A DNA stretch of 64,000 nt, taken from Bryobacteraceae bacterium. GTDB lineage: Bacteria > Acidobacteriota > Terriglobia > Bryobacterales > Bryobacteraceae. Positions 1-8,843 of the stretch are shown here, piece after piece. The notes beneath the pieces were generated by a model. It was not told the origin of the DNA. It was given only the letters and a program-made list of their open reading frames with translations, and searched no databases. The position numbers and the translations under genes were made by a program. Position 1 is the stretch's first letter, and each line of letters begins with the position of its first letter. The stretch lies in NCBI GenBank assembly GCA_963793625.1, contig CAWCAT010000009.1, positions 5,897 to 69,896 on the forward strand. The letters are read 5' to 3'.

Positions 1-316
1 CGTGGAAACTGGCAGTCTGAATTGCGGATACGCGTCCTGCATCCCGGGCGGTAGACCGTTCGCCTGAACAGCCTGCGTCTCTGGCAGCAAGGCAACGATC
101 ACCGAATGCATATTATGGGGTGCATTGTCCTGCGACAATTCGAAAACTCGGCCGTGTTGCCTCACAAAGAAATGTTACCGAACGGTAGATGTCATTGCTA
201 CCGGCGAGCGAAGCGCAGCCGTGCGGAGGGCGTCCCCCGACCGCCGTCGTTTTCTTTTGATTTGACATAAGAGAATCGGGGCGGTGGAAAAAGGTCTTGC
301 CGGCATTGGTGCCTGA

Positions 317-598
317 TCTGTCCTACCAGAATCTCGCCATTCACGACGGCGACACGGCGATCCGCAGTTTGCTCGGAAGCTTGTCGTTATCGGCGAAGCG
401 GCCGCACGGGTTTCGGAAAAGACGAAGACCCGCCAGCCCCACTTGCCTTGGCCGCAAATCGTGGCTTTTCGCAATATTCTTATCCACGCCTACTTCGGGA
501 TCGACTGGGAGGTCGTATGGCGTGCCGCTAGGAGTCGCTGCCCCGAATTACGGGATCAGGTCGTCCTCGCTGCAAGTACGGCGGCATCGAGAATGAAG
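317..598 (+). pseudogene. HepT-like (DUF86) toxin remnant, N-terminally truncated
   Basis: The translation from 317 reads ...DPQFARKLVVIGEAAARVSEKTKTRQPHLPWPQIVAFRNILIHAYFGIDWEVVWRAA... This carries the Rx4HxY motif and flanks typical of HepT/DUF86 toxins. An in-frame TGA at 314-316 removes the ~40 N-terminal residues expected for the family. No MntA-like nucleotidyltransferase gene is visible upstream. The frame then stays open to 880 through sequence that does not look like a domain. Confidence 0.5.
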
Positions 599-901
599 AC
601 GGCAAATACAACGCTAGCCTCGTGCCACATCCCGCATCATCGGTCGCTGCACTTTCTCGACACGATGCTCCACGCCCTGCGCCTCGCATCCAAACCGTCC
701 GACCTAAAATCCTCTGATTACCTCGATCAAGCGCCAATCCATTCTGCCCCAGCCCATCCGCGTTCATCAGCGTTCATCAGCGGCCCCAAGCCCGTTGCCA
801 ACAATTTCGCACCTCAATCTCCCCACCCCTCAACAACATACAAATTCCCACCCCAAAACACAGCCCACCCCTCGTGCTAGTTTCAAGCCGGAGAATCATG
901 T

Positions 902-1564
902 ATGTCCCTGACCCGTTCTGAACAATCCCGAATCAACGGTGCCAAATCCAAAGGCCCCAAGACCGAGGCCGGTAAGAAGACCTCGTCTCAAAACGCCATC
1001 TGGCATGGACTCAGTGCCGAATCCGTCCTCCTCAAATGCGAACTTCGCGGCCGATTCAATAACGTTCGCGATACGTGGTGCAATGTCCTACTGCCGGCCA
1101 ACAAAGCCGAAAATGAAATCGTCGAAGACCTTGCCGCCACGCGCTGGCGCATGCACCGCGCCGCCGCCCTCCAGCAGATTCTTGTAAATATGGAGCACTG
1201 CAAGCAAACGGGCACGTTGTGGCAAGACAGCGGCGATCACATTCTTGTGGATTCCTATGCCCGCCTGTCCCCCGAAACAGGTCTGATCGATCGACTCCAG
1301 CGTCACGAGGATCGCCTCCACCGTCGCTTCATGCGCAATCTCAAGGCTCTCGCGCTCCTGCGTCAGTTCCAGCCTCCGCCCATCGCTCCCGCCGAACCCG
1401 AGAATATTTTTCCGCAAAACGAACCCGAGATCGACCCACAGACCACCGAAGATCCTACCTGCGAAAATACAAACAGATGCGAAACTACATCATCATCATC
1501 GCCGCAACTTGCGCACTCCTCGCCGCAGACGGCGCAATGCTCGCCGCAGACGGCGCATTCCTAA
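902..1564 (+). CDS. hypothetical protein (basic N-terminus, repeat-built Ser/Pro/Gln tail)
   Basis: 220-aa ORF starting at ATG 902. The Lys/Ser-rich N-terminus (SRINGAKSKGPKTEAGKKTSSQNAIWHGL) resembles a widespread uncharacterised bacterial family. The C-terminal SPQTAQC/SPQTAH tail is encoded by the 21-nt repeat at 1520-1561. No function can be assigned. Confidence 0.5.
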   Translation: MSLTRSEQSRINGAKSKGPKTEAGKKTSSQNAIWHGLSAESVLLKCELRGRFNNVRDTWCNVLLPANKAENEIVEDLAATRWRMHRAAALQQILVNMEHCKQTGTLWQDSGDHILVDSYARLSPETGLIDRLQRHEDRLHRRFMRNLKALALLRQFQPPPIAPAEPENIFPQNEPEIDPQTTEDPTCENTNRCETTSSSSPQLAHSSPQTAQCSPQTAHS

Positions 1565-1593
1565 GCGCAATCTCGCCGCACACGGCGCAATGC
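1520..1593. repeat. three copies of a 21-nt unit (two tandem, third after an 11-nt spacer)
   Basis: tcgccgcagacggcgcaatgc (1520-1540), tcgccgcagacggcgcattcc (1541-1561) and tcgccgcacacggcgcaatgc (1573-1593). The copies span the stop codon of the 902-1564 ORF and the first ATG (1590) of the next ORF. Confidence 0.8.
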
Positions 1594-3665
1594 TCTCTGC
1601 GCAAGGGCCCGGCACCCAGCCTTTCCCCACGAACTGGCGTCAGAACCCTGCGTCCGTTGCCAACCTCTCCTTCCTTCTCGATGCGCCTGCCGGGAAGCGT
1701 GGGTTCGTCCAGGTCTCCAGTGGACATCTCGTTAGCGCGGATGGCGCTCGCTTCCGCATCTGGGGCATGAACTTCACCGGCGCTGCGACCTTGCCCTCCC
1801 GCGAAGACGCGCCCGCTGTTGCCGCACACCTCGCGCACCTTGGAATCAATTGCGTCCGCTTTCATTTTCTCGATCGCCAGGCGCCCACCGGACTAATCGA
1901 CAGTACGCGCAACGATACACGCGCCCTTGATCCGAAGCAGCTGGACCGTCTCGATTTCTTTGTCTCGGAACTGAAGCAGCGCGGCATTTATACTAACTTG
2001 AATCTCAACGTCGGGCGCACTTACAAAGCCGGCGACGGAGTCCGCGATCACGAACTTATCGGTTTCGCAAAAGCACTTACTTACTTCGATGAACGCCTGC
2101 TCGAATTACAGCGCGAGTATGCCCGCCAGTTACTCACGCATAAGAACCCGTACACCGGAGCCGAGTACCGCAATGAGCCCGCCGTCGCGCTCGTCGAACT
2201 CGTAAATGAGAACTCGATCGTCGAATCCTGGTTCAGCAACCGCCTGCTCGGACAGGCCGCGCAGAAGAATCCTGGCACTTGGACCGACATTCCGCCCAGC
2301 TACGAAGCCGCACTCACGGACAAGTATCACGCCTGGCTCAAGGCCAAGGGGCTGCCGCCCGTGCCGCGTTTACGCAAGGAGGAATTCGCCGCCGCCGCAC
2401 CGGATCGCTTTCAGCGCGAGGCCGAATTCTACATGGAACTCGAACGCAATTACTTCCGCGACATGGGCGCGTTCCTGAAGAAGGAACTCGGCGTCAAGTC
2501 GCTGCTCGCAGGAACCAGCGATCACAACCACAGCAACTCGGGTTACCCGCTGCTCAGTTCCACCGCTCAGCTCGATGTCGTCGATGGCCACGTCTATTGG
2601 CAGCACCCCAACATCAAGCGCGATCCGGCCACCGGCAAGAACACGTTCACCATCGTCAATACGCCCATGGTGAATGACCCGCTGCATTCCACCGTCGTGG
2701 AGTTGTCCCGCTCGGCCGTCGCAGGTAAGCCCTACATCGTTTCGGAAGTCAACCATCCGTTCCCCGCCGAACACGCGGCAGAGGGCATTCCCATCCTCGC
2801 GGCTTATGCGGCCCTGCAGGATTGGGACGGAATCTTCTGGTACACCTTCGCGCACGCCGACCCCACGCAGTGGAAGGATGCGCAGCCCGGTCACTTCGAC
2901 TTTCGTGCGGATCCTGTGAAGCTCGCGCAGGTCACCGCCGGCGCGTTGCTCTTCCTTCGTGCGGACGTCAAGGCCGCGCAGAAAACCGTGTTGCGTTCTT
3001 ATACGCCGCAGCAGATCCGCGAGAGCATTCGCATGCAATGGAAAGAACGCCCGTACTTCACGCCCGGCTTCTCGCTAGCCACTCCACTACAGCACGCGAC
3101 GCGCATCGAATCGTTCAACGCAACCGGCAAGCTACCCGCCGCCGATCAGCCTGGCGATGTCATCACATCAGACACAGGCGAATTAAGCTGGCAGCGTAGC
3201 GGCGGAAAGAATGGAGTGGTCACTATCGATACACCGCGTTCCCAGGCGCTCGTCGGTTTCCTGAAGGCCAACGCCAAGTCAACCGCAAACCTCTCGGCAA
3301 ACGTCGCTCCCGAACATTGCGCCATCACCCTCAGCGCTGTCGATGGGCATACGATCGCGCAGTCCGCACGGTTGCTGCTTACCACCGGATCGCGCGTCGA
3401 AAACACAGACATGCTCTGGAACGAAAAGCGCACTTCACTGCTCGATTGGGGCAAGGCGCCGACGCGCATCGAGCCGGTCACCGGATCGATCACGCTGCGC
3501 AATCTCGGTGCAGCCAAGGCTGTTAACGTCACCGCACTTGATGGCGGTGGAAGCCCGCTCGGCGCTGCGGTTCCGGCCACGAAGACGGAGCAGGGCTGGG
3601 AAATCAAAGTCGGCCAACCCGCGACAGTCTGGTACGCAATCGAGGTTGTTCGGACGCGGCCGTAG
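1590..3665 (+). CDS. clan GH-A (GH5-like) glycoside hydrolase
   Basis: Long ORF, open from 1509 with its first ATG at 1590. It shows (beta/alpha)8 glycosidase signatures: ...LGINCVRFHFLD..., an acid/base-like LVELVNENS and a nucleophile-like PYIVSEVNHP. There is no obvious signal peptide, so the start is uncertain. Confidence 0.6.
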   Translation: MLSAQGPGTQPFPTNWRQNPASVANLSFLLDAPAGKRGFVQVSSGHLVSADGARFRIWGMNFTGAATLPSREDAPAVAAHLAHLGINCVRFHFLDRQAPTGLIDSTRNDTRALDPKQLDRLDFFVSELKQRGIYTNLNLNVGRTYKAGDGVRDHELIGFAKALTYFDERLLELQREYARQLLTHKNPYTGAEYRNEPAVALVELVNENSIVESWFSNRLLGQAAQKNPGTWTDIPPSYEAALTDKYHAWLKAKGLPPVPRLRKEEFAAAAPDRFQREAEFYMELERNYFRDMGAFLKKELGVKSLLAGTSDHNHSNSGYPLLSSTAQLDVVDGHVYWQHPNIKRDPATGKNTFTIVNTPMVNDPLHSTVVELSRSAVAGKPYIVSEVNHPFPAEHAAEGIPILAAYAALQDWDGIFWYTFAHADPTQWKDAQPGHFDFRADPVKLAQVTAGALLFLRADVKAAQKTVLRSYTPQQIRESIRMQWKERPYFTPGFSLATPLQHATRIESFNATGKLPAADQPGDVITSDTGELSWQRSGGKNGVVTIDTPRSQALVGFLKANAKSTANLSANVAPEHCAITLSAVDGHTIAQSARLLLTTGSRVENTDMLWNEKRTSLLDWGKAPTRIEPVTGSITLRNLGAAKAVNVTALDGGGSPLGAAVPATKTEQGWEIKVGQPATVWYAIEVVRTRP

Positions 3666-3680
3666 TGCGTAGAGCAAAGC

Positions 3681-4232
3681 TCAGCCCAGGTCGATTCCGC
3701 GCACCAGCGCCGCGGCGTACAGCGCGACATGCAACTGGTGCCGGAATTCGCCGGCCACAATCATTGCTTTCAGCTCCGCGTGCGTGACGTAGCGCACCGT
3801 GAGCCCTTCTAATTCGCAGGAGTGGTCCGGAACTGCTGCGCCGCAGCGCGCATAGAACGCGTGCGATAAAACCTGGACGCGGCCGGTATCGGGGTAATAC
3901 GATCCAATGTCGATGACTTCCGCGGCGGTGAGGCCGGCTTCTTCTAACAACTCACGGCGAGCCGCTTGTTCGGGCTGTTCGCCCGCGTCAACGGTGCCGG
4001 CCGGAAACTCCCAGGTGAAATCTTCCACGCAGGGCCGGTACTGGCGCACTACCGGAATCATCCCGTCGCTCGTCTGCGCAAAGACGTGAACATAGTCGGA
4101 CTGTCCGACGAAATGGTACAGCTCTGGTTCGGCGCCTTCGGCGAATTGCACGCTCTTCTCGATGAGCTGTACGAAAGGCGAAATACGTGTGACCTTACGG
4201 GAAAGGATTTTGGGAAACGATTGTTCTGGCAA
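3681..4232 (-). CDS. NUDIX hydrolase (ADP-ribose pyrophosphatase-like)
   Basis: Perfect Nudix box GTVDAGEQPEQAARRELLEEAGL (GX5EX7REUXEEXGU). The ORF is open to 4358 but has no internal ATG before residue ~99. A TTG at 4232 gives a family-typical length and avoids overlap with the divergent gene at 4261. Confidence 0.75.
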   Translation of the reverse strand: MPEQSFPKILSRKVTRISPFVQLIEKSVQFAEGAEPELYHFVGQSDYVHVFAQTSDGMIPVVRQYRPCVEDFTWEFPAGTVDAGEQPEQAARRELLEEAGLTAAEVIDIGSYYPDTGRVQVLSHAFYARCGAAVPDHSCELEGLTVRYVTHAELKAMIVAGEFRHQLHVALYAAALVRGIDLG

Positions 4233-4260
4233 CTTACAAATTGTACCCTGAGCAAAGTGA

Positions 4261-6759
4261 ATGGCAATGAACGCAACCCGTAGGAACTTCTTGCAAGCCA
4301 CGGGCGTCACGGCGATGGCGTCCGCTAGCAGTGCACAGGAAAGACGCGCACAGACCAACCGCGCCGGACTTCCCGCATCCCACGAAATCGCCAGGCGTCA
4401 TGCGTTGCTGCGAGACTTGCCGACGCCCACCTTCTTCGAAGGCATGCTCCTGGGCAACGGTGACATCGGCGTGTGCGTGACGGTGCGTCCCGATGCGCTC
4501 GGTCTGCATATCGGCAAATCCGACGTGTGGGACATACGCGTCAGTGAAGACCATGAGCGCGAAGTGCTGCCGTTCGCAAAGGTATTGGAGATGTGGAAGC
4601 AGGCCGGTGATGCGGCGCGCGCTCGCGGGCAGGCGGATGCGATCAACCTGGAGAATCAGCCGCCGCTCGCCGAGTATCACAAGAAGGTGCGCGCTTCTTA
4701 CGCCAAGCCGTGGCCTCGGCCCTGGCCATGCGGCATCGTGTGGATTCACTGGGACAGTCGCTGTGTGCGCCGCGTTACACAGAAGCTCGACATCGCGAGC
4801 GGAGTCCTCACGGTCACGCTGGAGCACGATGACCTGCGCGGCAAAGTTCGCAACGTCGCGCTTGAGTGTTTCGTAAGCCGCGAGAACGGGCATGTGCACG
4901 TGAGCAGTTCCGGTCCTGCGCCCATCCTCTCGGTGGCATACTATCCGCGCTATGACGCGAAGGCCATGCTGCCGAAGCCGGAACTGGAATCGCTGCCGGC
5001 CGGATTCTTCTGCACGCAGGTTCTGCCCGCCACGGCGCCCACGGAGCAACAGCCGGATCCGCCGCGTTCTCCCAACGATCGTACTTTTGCGATGTGCGCG
5101 GCATTGGCCGGAGACTGGAAAGCGGATCCCCCGGACACCACGCGCCAGCGCGTATTTTTGAAAGCCGCGCGCGAGCAAGCGTTCCGTTTGGATCTGACAC
5201 TGTTCACCAGCCTGGACCGTCCGGACAACGCCGCGCATGCGCGTACCGAAGCAGCGCGTTTGAAGACTGTTCTCGCTCGCACGCTACGCGACGAATCCGC
5301 GCGCCACTGGCAGAAATTCTGGTCGAATTCCACAGTGGAGTTTGCCGATCGCCAGCTCGAACAGATCTGGTACCACAACCAGTATTTTCTGGCCTGCTGT
5401 CTGAAGCCCGGCAAAGTGGCTCCAGGGCTGTTCGGGAACTGGTCGAGCGGAAATATCGGCACGGCCTGGCACGGCGACTATCACATGAACTACAACACCC
5501 AGCAGGTGTGGTGGGGCGTGTTTTCCAGCAATCATGCCGAGCAGCATGAGCCCTACACACGCCTGATCGAAAGCCTCATGCCGATGGCCGAGTGGAACGC
5601 GCGCGTGCAGTTCGGCCTGCCCGGCGCCTACTTCCCGCATTCCGCTTATCCGGTGCCGAGCAAGGTCAACCCGTACCCCGTGCCGCCGTGGGGCTACGAG
5701 ATCTGCGAAACGCCGTGGGCCGTGCAGAGCCTGTGGTGGCAGTACCTTTACACGCTGGACAAGGACTACCTGCGTCGCGTCTATCCGATGCTGCGTGCGG
5801 CCACAGATTTCCTGGTGGCCTATGTGAAGAAGGGCGCCGACGGCAAGTACCACATCATTCCGACGGTCTCGCCGGAGAACTGGGGACTCACCGTCGATTT
5901 CCGCTTGAATCGCGATTGCATTATCGATCTTGCGCTCACGGAGTTTCTGCTCGATGCGATGGTAAAGGCATCCGCCGTGCTTGAGGTTGATTCCGGCATG
6001 CGCGAGAAATGGTCGGAGGTGCGGCGCAATCTCGCTCCGTATCCGACTGGCGTTGGACCCTACGGCAAGGTCTGGCTGGATGTTGCGGACGGTCCCACGG
6101 AGTACGTATTCAATGTCCCGGTCACGCTTGCTCCGGTGTTTCCGGGCGAGCAGGTCGGGCTCGGGCTGCGGCCGGAGTTGCTGGAAATGGCACTGCGCAC
6201 GGCGCGCACAGTGCGGCTCGAAGGCGGCAACGATCTGGTCTGGCAACCGATGGCGCGCGCCCGTCTGGGCATTCTGGATCTGGACTGGTTCAAGCGCGAA
6301 GTGCGTTACTGCATGACGCCCAACGGTGTCGCGAATGACCGGCTGCGCCAGATCGGCGGTCGTTACCGCGACGAAACCAATTACGACTACATGATGAACA
6401 TGGGCGTGTGGACTGAAAACCTGTCGCTCCCGGCCGTGCTGAACGAGTGCCTGATGCAGAGCTACGCGGGCGTGATCCGGCTGTTCCCGAATACTCAGAA
6501 TCTGGGACGTGCGCGCTTCCGCAATCTGCGCGCTGCGGGTGCATTCCTGGTTTCCGCCGCGTGGGACGGCAAGACGGTTGCGGATGTTCAGATCCACAGC
6601 GAGAAAGGCGCGACAGTGCAGCTCGAGAATCCCTGGCGTGGCGCGGCCGTGCAGGTTCGCATCGCATCCGAGAAAGCGGTAGTTCCGTCAACCGAAAAAG
6701 CCGGAGTGCTTTCCTTCGCAACCCGTCCCGGCGGAGTCTATGAAGTTAACAGAAAATAA
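4261..6759 (+). CDS. Tat-exported glycoside hydrolase, GH95-like six-hairpin family
   Basis: Twin-arginine leader [22 protein letters not shown]. The N-terminal ...[30 protein letters not shown]... and catalytic-region ...[30 protein letters not shown]... follow the patterns I recall for GH95-type enzymes. The 832-aa frame is uninterrupted. Confidence 0.6.
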   Translation: MAMNATRRNFLQATGVTAMASASSAQERRAQTNRAGLPASHEIARRHALLRDLPTPTFFEGMLLGNGDIGVCVTVRPDALGLHIGKSDVWDIRVSEDHEREVLPFAKVLEMWKQAGDAARARGQADAINLENQPPLAEYHKKVRASYAKPWPRPWPCGIVWIHWDSRCVRRVTQKLDIASGVLTVTLEHDDLRGKVRNVALECFVSRENGHVHVSSSGPAPILSVAYYPRYDAKAMLPKPELESLPAGFFCTQVLPATAPTEQQPDPPRSPNDRTFAMCAALAGDWKADPPDTTRQRVFLKAAREQAFRLDLTLFTSLDRPDNAAHARTEAARLKTVLARTLRDESARHWQKFWSNSTVEFADRQLEQIWYHNQYFLACCLKPGKVAPGLFGNWSSGNIGTAWHGDYHMNYNTQQVWWGVFSSNHAEQHEPYTRLIESLMPMAEWNARVQFGLPGAYFPHSAYPVPSKVNPYPVPPWGYEICETPWAVQSLWWQYLYTLDKDYLRRVYPMLRAATDFLVAYVKKGADGKYHIIPTVSPENWGLTVDFRLNRDCIIDLALTEFLLDAMVKASAVLEVDSGMREKWSEVRRNLAPYPTGVGPYGKVWLDVADGPTEYVFNVPVTLAPVFPGEQVGLGLRPELLEMALRTARTVRLEGGNDLVWQPMARARLGILDLDWFKREVRYCMTPNGVANDRLRQIGGRYRDETNYDYMMNMGVWTENLSLPAVLNECLMQSYAGVIRLFPNTQNLGRARFRNLRAAGAFLVSAAWDGKTVADVQIHSEKGATVQLENPWRGAAVQVRIASEKAVVPSTEKAGVLSFATRPGGVYEVNRK

Positions 6760-6763
6760 GAGC

Positions 6764-7804
6764 ATGGCCTATGACGCAGTGCTGCTCGTTTCTTTCGGCG
6801 GGCCCGAAAAGCGCGACGATGTGATGCCGTTTCTTGAGAATGTGCTGCGTGGCCGCAACGTGCCGCGCGAGCGCATGCTTGAGGTCGCGGAGCATTATTA
6901 CCATTTCGACGGGCGCAGCCCGATCAACGATCAGTGCCGTGCGCTGCTTGCAGCCTTGCGCGCGGAACTTGCCGCGAACGGTCCGCAGCTGCCGGTGTAT
7001 TGGGGCAACCGCAATTGGCACCCGCTGCTCGCCGACACGCTGCAGCAGATGAAGGCCGATGGCATCAAGCGCGCGCTGGCGTTTACCACGTCCGCATTCA
7101 GCTCCTATTCGGGCTGCCGCCAGTACCGCGAGAACATTGCTGCGGCGCAGGCGGTGGTTGGGGAAGGTGCGCCGCAGGTCGACAAACTGCGTATGTTTTT
7201 CAATCACCCCGGTTTTGTCGAGCCGACGATTGAGCACGTTGCCGCAAGCCTTCGCGCGCATTCCGGCGGAGCGCCGCGAAGCTGCCGCGCTGGTCTTCAC
7301 CGCTCACAGTATTCCGCTCTCGATGGCGCAGGGTTGCGATTACACGAAGCAACTCGATGAGTGTTGCCGTCTGGTCGCCGAAGGTGTTGGCCGCTCCGAC
7401 GCTCGCTTGGTTTGGCAAAGCCGCAGCGGTGCTCCGGGGCAGCCCTGGCTGGAGCCGGATATCGGCGATCATCTGCAAGGAACTCGCGGCCGCCGGCACG
7501 AAGGACGTAGTCGTGGTGCCGATCGGCTTCATCTCGGATCACATGGAGGTGCTCTTCGACCTCGATTACGAAGCCGCGCACATCGCGCAAGCGGTCGGGC
7601 TGAATCATGGTGCGCTCCGCAACCGTGGGCACGCATCCTAAATTCATCAGCATGATCCGCGAGCTGATCGTCGAGCGCATGGGCGAAGCTCCGCGCCGTG
7701 CCTTAGGTGTGTTGGGCGCGTGGCACGACGTCTGTCCCGAGAATTGCTGTCCGGCGCCTCAGCGTCCTTCGGCTGCGACACACGCCGGAATGCCGACGCG
7801 GTAA
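6764..7804 (+). pseudogene. hemH: ferrochelatase, reading frame broken three times (each +1)
   Basis: Ferrochelatase sequence is split over four frames. Segment 1: [34 protein letters not shown]...[16 protein letters not shown]. Segment 2: [36 protein letters not shown]...[12 protein letters not shown]. Segment 3: [43 protein letters not shown]. Segment 4: [26 protein letters not shown]... Breaks lie near 7246, 7470 and 7605. Removing one base at each restores a continuous protein. Confidence 0.8.
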
Positions 7805-8605
7805 GACGGGTACTGGAGTGCAATCCCCAGCAGTTTGCGGACGGCACTGCCATCAACGCGCCGGTCGGAACGCCGGGTTTCGGTGAGCGTTGAGCGCGGC
7901 ACGAAGCCCGGCATCGGCAAGTGCAGCAAGTCCGAGCAGAATCGCGCGATCTCGATGGATGGGCACGGCTCTTCGTCGGCCACCGGCCATGCTCCGCCTG
8001 CTGTGGAGAGCAGCGCAGCTTCGGCGTGCGCCGCGAGATCGTCAACGTGTATGCGCGAGATGTAGTTCGCTCCATCGCCCGCCAGTTGGAATCGGCCCTC
8101 GCGCATGGATTGATGTAGCCCGCGTCCAGGGCCATAGATCGCAGCAGGCCGCAGGATCATCGACGACCATGGACCGGCTGCCACCGCATTCTCCGCAGCT
8201 ACGCGCAGAGTCTCGCGCGGAGTCGTGGCCGCCGTCGGCGTGTGTTCGTCGACCAGATGCTGATTGCCGTACACTCCGGTGGTCGAAAGGTAAACGACAC
8301 GCCGCGCAATGCCGTGTAGTGCGGCAAGCAGGCGGGGAGTCGGGTCCCAAAGACCGGCTTCCGATCGCAGCAGCGGCAGCGAGTGCAGCACCAGGGTGTC
8401 CGGCCGTAACAGATCGCGAAGTCGGTCGAGCGTATCGTGATCGGGCAGCGCCAGTTCGTGCACGATGACGCCCAGGTTCATGGAACCCCGCCGCATTGCG
8501 AGTAGTGACAACGACGCGTGCGCCGCGAGCGGCAAATGCCCGAGCCACGCGCCGCCCCGTAAACCCGGCTCCAAAAACAAGTATGTCCAAAAAAAATCGT
8601 AACAC
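7759..8605 (-). pseudogene. NAD-dependent epimerase/dehydratase-family (SDR) protein, one frame break
   Basis: The Rossmann N-terminus (GTG 8605) VLRFFLDILVFGAGFTGRRVARAFAARGARVVVTTRN lies in one frame. The rest lies in another: ...LGVIVHELALPDHDTLDRL...VVYLSTTGVYGNQHLVDEHTP...ILRPAAIYGPGRG...YISRIHVDDLA... The junction is near 8480. The 3' end overlaps the hemH 3' end convergently. Confidence 0.65.
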
Positions 8606-8674
8606 TTATCGAAACTTTGACCCTCTATAACAGGAGTCAGACGATGCCCTCAGAAACAATCCCCTACGGCCGCC

Positions 8675-8842
8675 ATGCAGCCGAGCATCGAAGACATCGT
8701 GCTCGGAGCCATCCCGGGACTTCCAAAAGTTCACCTGCACAATCCGGTTCTAGCCTACGAAGTCGGCGATGACTTCATGAAGTATTGGTACATGGCAGAA
8801 AAGGGCCAACTGGATCCCTTCACTGCATTAAGAGGGGGCTAA
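8675..8842 (+). pseudogene. hhyS: [NiFe]-hydrogenase small-subunit remnant (55 codons)
   Basis: This is the only ORF in the 238-bp gap before hhyL. It reads MQPSIEDIVLGAIPGLPKVHLHNPVLAYEVGDDFMKYWYMAEKGQLDPFTALRGG. The layout follows the small-subunit segment between the proximal-cluster CxxC and the EG strand (hydrophobic-LH-x-P-x-L..E-x-G....G-x-LDPF). All Fe-S cluster cysteine motifs are absent. It ends inside the hhyL Shine-Dalgarno sequence (AGAGGGGG, 8831-8838). Confidence 0.45.
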
Positions 8843-8843
8843 A

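Noticed and set aside
761-780. Perfect 10-bp tandem duplication cgttcatcag x2.
   Set aside because: It lies in the read-through tail after the HepT remnant, where I cannot support any coding function. A single duplication has no evident regulatory structure.
1520-1593. Possibility that the 21-nt repeats here, or the 12/15-nt repeats at 62355-62452, represent a CRISPR array.
   Set aside because: The units are contiguous, or separated by only 11 nt, with no unique spacers of CRISPR size. They are in-frame coding repeats, and there are no cas genes in the window.
5284-6597. 437-aa minus-strand ORF inside the GH95-like gene. Similar long antisense ORFs occur at 18148-19365 (inside hypF), 31535-32578 and 30793-31458 (inside TBDR-2), 37493-38545, 39089-39919, 40156-41037, 48218-49204 and 53638-54777.
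   Set aside because: All lie antisense to genes with clear family signatures. They are Arg/Ala/Gly/His-rich with no recognisable motifs. This is what a GC-rich genome produces opposite real genes, because stop codons are scarce.
8616-8640. TTGACC ... TATAAC promoter-like hexamers upstream of the hydrogenase remnant.
   Set aside because: Only 3 nt separate the two hexamers, which is incompatible with a sigma-70-type -35/-10 spacing.
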